Positions 9,417 to 17,375 of a stretch of DNA of 20,000 nt are shown here, in pieces. The notes beneath the pieces were generated by a model. That model was not told the origin of the DNA and searched no databases. It was given only the letters and a program-made list of their open reading frames with translations. This DNA is from an uncultured Methanosarcinales archaeon (GTDB lineage Archaea > Nanobdellota > Nanobdellia > Woesearchaeales > DSVV01). How positions within the stretch are numbered: position 1 is the first letter of the stretch; each line of letters starts with the position of its first letter. The DNA lies in contig CAZQHZ010000006.1 in assembly GCA_964593285.1 (NCBI GenBank), positions 44,777 through 64,776 of the forward strand, read 5' to 3'. The translations under genes and the position numbers were made by a program.

Positions 9417-9566
9417 TGGGGGTACAGGGATTTGAACCCTGATCTGCCGGTAACTTCCTCAAGAGTAATTTTCTTGACTTACCAATAAATATCAATCATA
9501 GGCAAATTGCCTCATCGCTCCATAAGACTGGAGCCGGCCATTCTAGCCAGGTTATACTATACCCCC
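9417..9566 (-). tRNA. trnW: tRNA-Trp(CCA) with a 76-nt intron at 37/38 (9452-9527)
   Basis: Acceptor GGGGGTA/TACCCCC-A, anticodon stem GCCGG/CCGGC with CT-CCA-G|A, T arm CAGGG-TTCAAAT-CCCTG. 3' CCA not encoded; followed by T6. Confidence 0.95.
9452..9527 (-). ncRNA. tRNA-Trp intron-encoded box C/D guide RNA (predicted Cm34 guide)
   Basis: TGGAGC (9517-9522) is complementary to G31-A36. It is followed by G and a D-like ATGA, placing C34 at the -5 position. GGCA-ATT-TGCC stem, C-like ATGATTGA and a second C-like TTGAGGA follow. Confidence 0.7.
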
Positions 9567-9622
9567 ATAAATATTATTAAGAATAGAAAAATAATTTATT
9601 TATTAATGTTTTTATTTTAAAA

Positions 9623-11479
9623 CTAATGATGTTTATAAACATGTGATGAAGGAGGCGGTGGTAATTTTCCACTAATTTTTTTATTAATTCTATGTGTCAT
9701 AAACAAATTTGTAACATTAATTAATATTAAAAACAAAATAATTCCAATATATATTAACTCATTAGTTTTTGATTTAATTCCAGAAATTATAGTAATTAAT
9801 GGAGATGTATGTGCACCATCAACTTTTAGTGGGTCTAAACCCACAATATATAATTCACTAACACTATAAGTTCCTGTTCCATTAACAGTATAAGCAACAT
9901 TCCAAGTATAATTTTCAGCTCCAGTTGCATTAGGACCTTTCATTGGACCAAGTGATGAATTCATATCCCCTTTCCATGGAATACTCCAAACATAAGAATC
10001 ACCATAATAATTAGACCCTTCAATTCCTACACTCTGGTTATTAAATGTATCATCGCTAAAATTCCATGCAGTAAATTCATCTGGAACAAAATCATACACA
10101 GTTACAGCTTCATAAATTGGTGTCCAACCATTACCAATATTTTTAACAGTAGTATTTATTCTATATTGCCCTTCACCTATATTACTTATATTTTTTTCAA
10201 TTTCAAGCCAATATCCATGAACAACATAAATATATTTCATATATAAATCTTCACCACTAACAGTAGTTGTATGATTTAATATCTGACCATAGTCATTAGT
10301 AATAAGCCATTCTGGTCTTATCCAAACAACTGGTGGATCTGTTGAATCTGTATAATTAAAATACCAAAAATAACTTGAATTACCCCAGTTTGTTGTTAAA
10401 TTTATTTCTTTTAATGGCATTCCTTCATGTGTAACATTTAAACCACTTACAATATCATTTGGATTACCATCAGTATTTGTAACCCAAAGTTCTACCTTAT
10501 TTAAATCATATGAAATATTTAATTCTGAATAAACTTTAGGTCTAACTTCCCAAGTAACATTACTATTATTTAAATTATCAGCAGGCCTAAAAATTCTTTT
10601 TTCTTCGCTATATTCAATATCTGCAGAAGCATTTATCTGTTCAACAGTTAAATTTGTCATTGCATATGAAACGTCATATGTTATATTTTCAAGTAAGGCC
10701 ATAAAAGTTGCAGTAAAAGGAACACTAAATGGTGCAGTCATATTAAATTTAATTGAAACATTATCCCCATGTGGAAGTGTACCACCATTAACATCCCATA
10801 TCCACATACTAGGATCAGCTGTATTTACATTTAAATTATCACCAAGTTCATATAAGCCTGCAAATACAAAAGGAAAAACATTAGTATCGTTCCATACAAC
10901 ATCTTGTGGCATCATATTTATATTTAAATTAGTAATATCATTACCTAAAGGATTATTATTAATAACAGTTTGATTTAAAGTCCAATTATATCCAGCTAAA
11001 ACTTTTTTATTAATATCTGGATGATCAGAATTACTATAATTTGTTAAAATTTCAACAGGTGGGTCTATGCCCATACAAGACATATTATAAACAAATACAG
11101 AATCTTCTCCAGCTCTAAGTTCAGGTATATAAAGTATTCTAGAAACATTTGATGAATCATTCATCAAATAACCAATTCTTCCACTAAAATAAGTAAAATT
11201 TGTAGTTAATCTATCTATATTATCAAAAGCTAAAACAATATCAAAAACAGTATCTGAACTTGGATTTGTAGTATTAATTACAGCTTCAACCATACAATAT
11301 TCTTGCTGATTAGAATAATTATAATCTTTTCCATAAGATACATTTTGATAAACAGTTTCTGTTATTGTCAAATTAATTCGATTTTCATATGCAAACATAA
11401 AAGGCAATGAAATTAAAAAAATAGAACAAATTAACAATAACTTACTATACATTCCTTTTTTTTTATCTAAAAACACCAT
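9623..11479 (-). CDS. Large secreted, membrane-anchored surface (glyco)protein of unknown family
   Basis: N-terminal signal peptide, many N-x-S/T sequons, beta-rich composition, C-terminal TM helix and cytoplasmic tail KLPPPPSSHVYKHH. The start could be 11452. Confidence 0.8.
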   Translation of the reverse strand: MVFLDKKKGMYSKLLLICSIFLISLPFMFAYENRINLTITETVYQNVSYGKDYNYSNQQEYCMVEAVINTTNPSSDTVFDIVLAFDNIDRLTTNFTYFSGRIGYLMNDSSNVSRILYIPELRAGEDSVFVYNMSCMGIDPPVEILTNYSNSDHPDINKKVLAGYNWTLNQTVINNNPLGNDITNLNINMMPQDVVWNDTNVFPFVFAGLYELGDNLNVNTADPSMWIWDVNGGTLPHGDNVSIKFNMTAPFSVPFTATFMALLENITYDVSYAMTNLTVEQINASADIEYSEEKRIFRPADNLNNSNVTWEVRPKVYSELNISYDLNKVELWVTNTDGNPNDIVSGLNVTHEGMPLKEINLTTNWGNSSYFWYFNYTDSTDPPVVWIRPEWLITNDYGQILNHTTTVSGEDLYMKYIYVVHGYWLEIEKNISNIGEGQYRINTTVKNIGNGWTPIYEAVTVYDFVPDEFTAWNFSDDTFNNQSVGIEGSNYYGDSYVWSIPWKGDMNSSLGPMKGPNATGAENYTWNVAYTVNGTGTYSVSELYIVGLDPLKVDGAHTSPLITIISGIKSKTNELIYIGIILFLILINVTNLFMTHRINKKISGKLPPPPSSHVYKHH

Positions 11480-11538
11480 TGTTAAATTAATCTCAATATA
11501 TCAATTCATATACTAATATAATTTTATTAATATAGTAA

Positions 11539-11553
11539 TATATAAATGTTTCG
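11539..11553 (-). promoter_or_regulatory. BRE/TATA promoter of the 618-aa surface protein
   Basis: Minus strand reads CGAAACA-TTTATATA, close to the archaeal BRE+TATA consensus, about 60 nt upstream of the ATG. Confidence 0.6.
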
Positions 11554-11711
11554 TTTTTTTTTTATTAGTTGTAATTACTAAAAAATAAAAACTAAACCAT
11601 TTTATTTTCTAAAGTACTAATAAATCATCATTATTAGTTCATAAAATAATATAAGATATTAATTTATACAAATTATATTTAATTAAATATAATTATATAA
11701 CTATTAATAAT

Positions 11712-12191
11712 TTACTTTTTCTTTATATTAATAATATCTCCAATAGTTAATTTTGTATTTTTAACTACCTTTTTTTTTGTATTCCTTACTTCTTCGTATG
11801 TATCAATTAATTTTATATTTAAAAATCTTTCAAACTTTTTTGCAAGTTCAAGAGATGGTGTAATATTACCTCTTTCAATATTTTGAATTAATGATTCTTT
11901 CTCAGAAATTTTTAATGCAAATTCATTTTGTTTTAAACCAAGTTTTTCTCTTTTTTGTTTTATAAGAGTAGAATAATCATCCACAATATATTCGATAATT
12001 TCTTTTTCTTCATTTTCTACTTGATCAATATTTTTTTTACTTTTTTTAAAATCACTCTTTATTTTATCTGGATCATACGACTTTTTAACAACCTTACCAT
12101 ATTTTGCACAATTTTTACAAACATTTAATTGAGTTCCTTCAATTAAAGTTTTATATAATATTCCACTTGAACCACACATATCACATTGCAT
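11712..12191 (-). CDS. mbf1: Archaeal multiprotein bridging factor aMBF1 (Zn ribbon + HTH)
   Basis: MQCDMCG...IEG..LNVCKNCAKYG, a cro-type HTH (REKLGLKQNEFA...IERG) and a C-terminal LTIGD motif. Confidence 0.93.
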   Translation of the reverse strand: MQCDMCGSSGILYKTLIEGTQLNVCKNCAKYGKVVKKSYDPDKIKSDFKKSKKNIDQVENEEKEIIEYIVDDYSTLIKQKREKLGLKQNEFALKISEKESLIQNIERGNITPSLELAKKFERFLNIKLIDTYEEVRNTKKKVVKNTKLTIGDIINIKKK

Positions 12192-12276
12192 AAAAAACAC
12201 CCATTTTTTTAAAATATTTATTTTAATAAATTAGCTTAATATTTATTATTTAAATAACTTATTATTTTATATATTA

Positions 12277-13227
12277 TTATTGAAATAAATTTTTACAAAC
12301 ATTTGTTGCATAATCTCCTTTATTCAAAAAGAAAGTTATTTTTACCTTTTTTTTACCTAAATTTAATTCATCATCTACTAAATCATATATTTTTAAATTA
12401 ACAATTTTTGAAAAAACATTTCTAACACCACCTTCAGATGTAAGTTCAGGAAACTCCCTTATAATAAAATCTCTTAAAGTTAAATTTTCTTTATTCAATA
12501 TATTATTTATAACATCTTTTTTAATTTCATTTTCTTCTTCTATTCCAAATCCAATAATTGGAAAAACTTCATTAAATTTTAAATCATACTTTGAATATTT
12601 TTTTATGCATTCATTCCAAAGATAAGATTGATATGCACTAATATAAAATTTAAGCGTTTTTTTAGGTAAATTTCTCAATGAACCAATATAATCATTTGGT
12701 TTTTTTTCTAAATATTCTTTTATTTTATATTCATTTCTTTGAATTAATAAATTAACAACATCACTAAATTGCCTCTTTATAAACATTCTACCAATCATAT
12801 GATTGTCTTCATATTTACCAAATCTTTGACAATCAAAATAATTTATTACATAATCTTTTCTTTTAGGTAATTGATTTATATTTCGAACAACTATTTCAAA
12901 ATAATTTCCCTCATGAACACCAATATTTATTCTTTCTTTGCCGCTACCTAAATACTCTAAATTAAATGTATCAAAAGAAAAATTTTTTCTAATACCTCTA
13001 AAAATTGATATATATTGGTAAGTTATTGCTTTTTTATCTTTTAAACCTGAAGCATTAATATATTTTGGATTAATTTTTAAAAAATTAGCTATTTTTTTAA
13101 TACATTCAAATGTTGAAATATTTTTTTTTTTAAGTAAATAATAAGAATAATTACCATTATCAGTAAATTTTAAATCTAATTTTTCTTTGACAATAAAATC
13201 TTCTTCTAACTGTTTTAATTTATACAT
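12277..13227 (-). CDS. truD: tRNA pseudouridine(13) synthase TruD
   Basis: KQLEEDFIV, catalytic SGLKDKKAITYQYIS, GNYFEI, NYFDCQRFG, AYQSYLWN and FFLNKGDYAT motifs. ATG 13227 chosen as the start. Confidence 0.93.
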   Translation of the reverse strand: MYKLKQLEEDFIVKEKLDLKFTDNGNYSYYLLKKKNISTFECIKKIANFLKINPKYINASGLKDKKAITYQYISIFRGIRKNFSFDTFNLEYLGSGKERINIGVHEGNYFEIVVRNINQLPKRKDYVINYFDCQRFGKYEDNHMIGRMFIKRQFSDVVNLLIQRNEYKIKEYLEKKPNDYIGSLRNLPKKTLKFYISAYQSYLWNECIKKYSKYDLKFNEVFPIIGFGIEEENEIKKDVINNILNKENLTLRDFIIREFPELTSEGGVRNVFSKIVNLKIYDLVDDELNLGKKKVKITFFLNKGDYATNVCKNLFQ

Positions 13228-13282
13228 TTTATACAAAAAAGTCAAAAGATATATAAATTTAGCCTTAATTCAAAAAAAATAA

Positions 13283-13378
13283 GAGCCTGTAGCGTAGTCT
13301 GGATAGCGCGAGTGCCTCCTAAATTAAATAAAAATTGAAGAAAGCACTAGGTCGTGGGTTCAAATCCCATCAGGCTCG
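13283..13378 (+). tRNA. trnR: tRNA-Arg(CCT) with a 21-nt intron at 37/38 (13322-13342)
   Basis: Acceptor GAGCCTG/CAGGCTC-G, D stem GCGT/GCGC, anticodon stem AGTGC/GCACT with CT-CCT-A|A, T arm GTGGG-TTCAAAT-CCCAT. Confidence 0.95.
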
Positions 13379-13413
13379 GTTTTAATAATTAAAATTCAAT
13401 CAATAAAATTTTT

Positions 13414-13884
13414 TTAATTAAATTCACAAACACATTTTTCATCAACATCAACTGTTGTACATAAACTAACATGTTTATCATTAAATCCTTTTTCAACAAT
13501 AATTCTACCAGTACTTATTACTTCTCGAGTAACATTTGCACAAACAACTGTATTTAAAGCATATGTAAAATTTTGATTTATTGACTCAAAAACAATAAAA
13601 GAATAAGTTTCTTTTGTATTATTATATGTAAAAATATTTAAAATAGATTTTGGTATTTGGTATGAAATTTCTTTTTTAAATATTCCTGTAGTATAAAAAG
13701 CTTCAGTTGTAACTTCATTTATTTTCTCTGCAATAAATGAAATTTGCTCAGCTGAAACTTCATCCTCTGCAGATTGTTGATAATATATTAAAAAAGATAC
13801 AGCACCTAAAATTCCAAAAAACATAATGCCTACAACTAACATATATTCAAAAGATGCCTGCGATTTTTTAAATGTAAATAACAT
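13414..13884 (-). CDS. Class III signal peptide (archaeal type IV pilin-like) protein
   Basis: KKS|QASFEYMLVVGIMFFGIL: basic leader, Q+1, E+5 and a hydrophobic helix. Four Cys in the C-terminal third. Confidence 0.8.
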   Translation of the reverse strand: MLFTFKKSQASFEYMLVVGIMFFGILGAVSFLIYYQQSAEDEVSAEQISFIAEKINEVTTEAFYTTGIFKKEISYQIPKSILNIFTYNNTKETYSFIVFESINQNFTYALNTVVCANVTREVISTGRIIVEKGFNDKHVSLCTTVDVDEKCVCEFN

Positions 13885-14006
13885 GTATTTATTTACATAT
13901 AAGTATTGATATAAAAATATTATGTTTTAGAAAATAATAACAATTTCGAAAATATTTCATTTTTTTTTAACTAAATTATATAAAGAATATTAACTTTAAA
14001 TAAAAT

Positions 14007-14675
14007 ATGAAAATAAAAGAATTAGCTCTACAATTAAGACCAAGGGAACGAATGCTAAAAAATGGAGCTGGAAAATTAAATGATGCAGAACTTTTTGCAA
14101 TACTTTTAGGAAAAGGAACAAAAAATAATAATATAATTGATATTTCAAATAATTTAATTTCAAATAATTCTTATAATCAATTAGCAAATCTTTCAATAAA
14201 TGAATTAACTAAATTTAAAGGCATAGGTCAAATAAAAGCACTTCAAATTAAAGCAATCTTTGAATTATGTAAAAGAATTAATTTAAATACTGAAAAAATA
14301 ATAAATTTAAATTCACCAAAAAAAGTTTTTTTATACATGAAAGATGCATTAAAAAATTTAAACCAAGAACATTTTTTTGTATTATGTTTAAATTCAAAAA
14401 ATTGCTTAGTATCTCAAAAAATAGTTTCAATTGGAACAATTAATTCAACAATAATTCACCCAAGAGAAATATTTAGAGATGCAATTAAAAATTCTGCATG
14501 CTCTATAATAATTGTTCATAACCATCCATCTGGTTGCTCTAAACCTTCAAATGAAGATTTAGAAATAACAAAAAACATAATAGATGCATCAAAATTAATA
14601 TCTATTCAAATATTAGATCATATAATTATTGGAAATAATAATTATTGGAGCTATAAAGAAAATTATAATATTTAA
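14007..14675 (+). CDS. radC: RadC-family JAB domain protein
   Basis: RPRERM...LNDAELFAILLGKG, HhH motif KGIGQIKA, QEHF, HPREIF, JAMM motif HNHPSG...PSNED and LDHIIIG. Confidence 0.95.
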   Translation: MKIKELALQLRPRERMLKNGAGKLNDAELFAILLGKGTKNNNIIDISNNLISNNSYNQLANLSINELTKFKGIGQIKALQIKAIFELCKRINLNTEKIINLNSPKKVFLYMKDALKNLNQEHFFVLCLNSKNCLVSQKIVSIGTINSTIIHPREIFRDAIKNSACSIIIVHNHPSGCSKPSNEDLEITKNIIDASKLISIQILDHIIIGNNNYWSYKENYNI

Positions 14676-14712
14676 AAAATTAAATAAATTTTAAAAAATA
14701 ATAAATAAAATA

Positions 14713-15456
14713 TTAATCATTATAATTAAATTTTAATCTCATAAACATATTTTCATTTGGAAAGAAAATGTTGGCTGCATTTGGTTTAAAATGGTTTTTA
14801 AAATATTTTTTACTAACATCAGGATGCATACAAACATACATTCCATTTTGATCTATATTATCACTAATATATTTACAATCATTTTTTTTAGTTAATGCTA
14901 TTTTACAATAAGGTATATTATAAATACTTTCATTTAAAAATAAATTACCATTACAAACATCTTCTAAATTAGTTAAAGAACTTTCATTAATTAAATTATC
15001 ATCATATTTAATGAAAGCTTTTTTTAAAAACAAACTAATATAATTACTGTCAATCTTATGATTTCTAAGCCCTTTTGTTACTTGATTAACATAGACTTTT
15101 GATGGTGTACTAAGTTTTCTTTTAATAGGCATTTGATATGTATAAGCACTAATAAAATCGTTTTCATTTTCAAAATTAACTTTTAATTTTTTTCGACTAA
15201 AATGATTCTTATAAACACCATTATCAAAATCTAATTTTAAAATATCATCATCATTAATCTCATAAACAACCCCTCTAACATGTTCACCTTTTTTCCTAAC
15301 AATATCTAAAATTCCTGTTTTTGCATTATTAGTTCGTTTTCTAAAAGAAATCCGATGGTTAAATAAAATTGCTTTAAAAGAATTTGGCATATAACCAATT
15401 GATTTTTCTAAATTATTTAAATTTAAATTTTTACCATATTCAAAATACCACGCCAT
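14713..15456 (-). CDS. Gamma-glutamylcyclotransferase (GGCT/AIG2)-like domain fused to a Cys-containing C-terminal domain
   Basis: WYFEYGKNLN resembles YFAYGSNL; VRGVVYEI....LKLDFDNG.Y, AYTY and PSKVY match the GGCT fold. About 100-aa extension with four Cys. Confidence 0.75.
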   Translation of the reverse strand: MAWYFEYGKNLNLNNLEKSIGYMPNSFKAILFNHRISFRKRTNNAKTGILDIVRKKGEHVRGVVYEINDDDILKLDFDNGVYKNHFSRKKLKVNFENENDFISAYTYQMPIKRKLSTPSKVYVNQVTKGLRNHKIDSNYISLFLKKAFIKYDDNLINESSLTNLEDVCNGNLFLNESIYNIPYCKIALTKKNDCKYISDNIDQNGMYVCMHPDVSKKYFKNHFKPNAANIFFPNENMFMRLKFNYND

Positions 15457-15525
15457 AGTAAAAACAAAAACAACACTTCTTTTTATTTTTTTCGATAAAA
15501 ATGCAAAATAAATATATAAAACTAC

Positions 15526-15690
15526 AATAAATAAATAAATAAATAANNNNNNNNNNNNNNNNNNNNNNNNNNNNNNNNNNNNNNNNNNNNNNNNNNNNNN
15601 NNNNNNNNNNNNNNNNNNNNNNNNNNNNNNNNNNNNNNNNNNNNNNAATAATAATAATAATAATAGTAATAATAGTAGTAGTAATAAATA
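15526..15690 (+). repeat. AATA and AAT/AGT microsatellites flanking a 100-N assembly gap (15547-15646)
   Basis: (AATA)n before the gap; (AAT)n and (AGT)n after it; intergenic between divergent genes. Confidence 0.9.
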
Positions 15691-15751
15691 ACCCTAATAA
15701 AAAATAATTTTAAATAGATAATTTTTTATAATTCTTAAAAATATTAACTTT

Positions 15752-16348
15752 ATGAAAATACTTGCATTTACAGATGTACATGGTTCAATTAAAGAATTAA
15801 ATAAATTAAAAAAAAAATCAAAATCTGCAGATTTTATCTGTTGCTGTGGAGATTTTACAATATTTGAGACAAATCTTTTAAAAATACTAGAAAAAATTAA
15901 TTCATTTAACAAAAAAATATTTTTAATTACTGGAAATCATGAAGATCCAAAAACAATTGAAGTCTTTTCTGAATTATTTGAAAATATAATTTTTTTAAAT
16001 AATTCATATTACTTATACAAAGACATACTAATTTTAGGAGCAGAAGGAAATGGCTTTGCTACTATAGATAACGAATTTAAAAAAACCGCAAATTATTTTA
16101 AAAAAATAATTAAAAAAATAAATCCAAAAAAAATAATTTTAATAACTCACGCACCACCATATAAAACAAAACATGATAAAATTGATAATTATTATAATGG
16201 AAATAAAACAATTAGAAAATTCATTGAAGAAATAAAACCATTATATGCATTTAGTGGCCATATCCATGAAAATTTTAATACAACCGATAAAATAAAAAAT
16301 ACAATAACAATAAACCCAGGATTTACAGGTAGAATTATAAATATTTAA
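15752..16348 (+). CDS. Calcineurin-like metallophosphoesterase
   Basis: All five motifs are present: DVH, GD, GNHE, THAPP and GHIHE, plus NPG. Confidence 0.92.
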   Translation: MKILAFTDVHGSIKELNKLKKKSKSADFICCCGDFTIFETNLLKILEKINSFNKKIFLITGNHEDPKTIEVFSELFENIIFLNNSYYLYKDILILGAEGNGFATIDNEFKKTANYFKKIIKKINPKKIILITHAPPYKTKHDKIDNYYNGNKTIRKFIEEIKPLYAFSGHIHENFNTTDKIKNTITINPGFTGRIINI

Positions 16349-17289
16349 TCAAAACTCATAATTCTTGAATCAAAATCTTCTTTCATTAATAAAACAACCC
16401 TACTTTCCTTTTGTTCATCAATAATTTTATAATCAGAATGTTTACAAATTTCTTCTGCAAAATCTTTAACCTCATTATGTCTTGGCATATTTTCAATATC
16501 TAATCGATTTCTAGAAAAACCAACAAACATATACGCTTTAACTTCAATAAATAAAGGGTTTGCTAATTTAATTAAATTAGCCCATTCATCTGGATTAATC
16601 ATATTTAAATTTTTAATCAATGTTAATCTCAATGTAGTTCTAGTTTTATTTTTTAATGTATTTAATATCTTAAGAGATTTAACTAACCTATCAAAACCAT
16701 CAACTAAAGATGATTGATCTATTTTTTCAAATAATTCTTTATTTGGTGCATCCACAGATAAATATAATTGCGTTGGCATTTCATTTAATTTTTCAAGTTT
16801 TTCTGGCATCATGCCATTGCTTACAATAAATGTAGTTTTATTTAATTTATGCAATTTTTTTAATAATTCATTTAATGCAGGATAAAAAAATGGTTCCCCA
16901 CTAAGAGAAATTGCAAAATGCATTGGTTCATTTGATTCTTTTAGTTTTTTTTTATCAGTTTTACTAAAACCACCAAGTCCTGATAATAATTTTTTTTGAC
17001 CAATTAAAGTATTATTAATAATTTCATTTGGTTCATCAAAATAATTCATATCTTCTGTTTTAGTATACTCCATAGGTCTCCAGCAAATTAAACATTTATT
17101 TTGGCAATACCCTATAGTTGTTGAAATTTGAGCACACAAATGGCATCTAATTCCATAAAATTTTTCTTTATAGCATACCCCCTCATTTTTTATAGACTTT
17201 TTAGTCCAGCTACAAATTTTTACAGCACTATTTTTGCCAGTAATAAAATAATGTTGTTTTAAAAGAAGTTTTTTATGTTCAGCATCCAT
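16345..17289 (-). CDS. tyw1: 4-demethylwyosine synthase Tyw1/Taw1 (radical SAM)
   Basis: SAVKICSWTKK, CYKEKFYGIRCH, CQNKCLICWR (CxxxCxxC), HFAISLSGEP, PTQLYLS, EVKAYMFVGFSR and SRVVL motifs. ATG 17289 chosen as the start. Confidence 0.95.
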   Translation of the reverse strand: MDAEHKKLLLKQHYFITGKNSAVKICSWTKKSIKNEGVCYKEKFYGIRCHLCAQISTTIGYCQNKCLICWRPMEYTKTEDMNYFDEPNEIINNTLIGQKKLLSGLGGFSKTDKKKLKESNEPMHFAISLSGEPFFYPALNELLKKLHKLNKTTFIVSNGMMPEKLEKLNEMPTQLYLSVDAPNKELFEKIDQSSLVDGFDRLVKSLKILNTLKNKTRTTLRLTLIKNLNMINPDEWANLIKLANPLFIEVKAYMFVGFSRNRLDIENMPRHNEVKDFAEEICKHSDYKIIDEQKESRVVLLMKEDFDSRIMSFD

Positions 17290-17375
17290 TAAATTAAGAA
17301 ATAAATTAAATTTTAAATATGTTTTCAATTTAAAATTAATATCTTTTAAAAATTTAATAATTTTATTTTAAAATT

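Noticed and set aside
9407..9495. N-terminal extension of ORF 9178..9495
   Set aside because: It is a translation of the tRNA-Trp intron and 3' exon (GSNP is the T loop), not protein.
13379..15690. Possible integrated element at the tRNA-Arg 3' end (pilin-like gene, radC, GGCT-like gene)
   Set aside because: No integrase or transposase, and I saw no duplicate of the tRNA 3' end. radC is the full-length chromosomal type, and composition matches the flanks.
15526..15690. CRISPR-like or iteron array
   Set aside because: Only simple 3-4 nt microsatellites; no repeat-spacer structure and no cas or rep genes.
13996..15912. ORFs 13996..14196 and 15694..15912 on the minus strand
   Set aside because: They are antisense to radC and the metallophosphoesterase, with no recognisable features.
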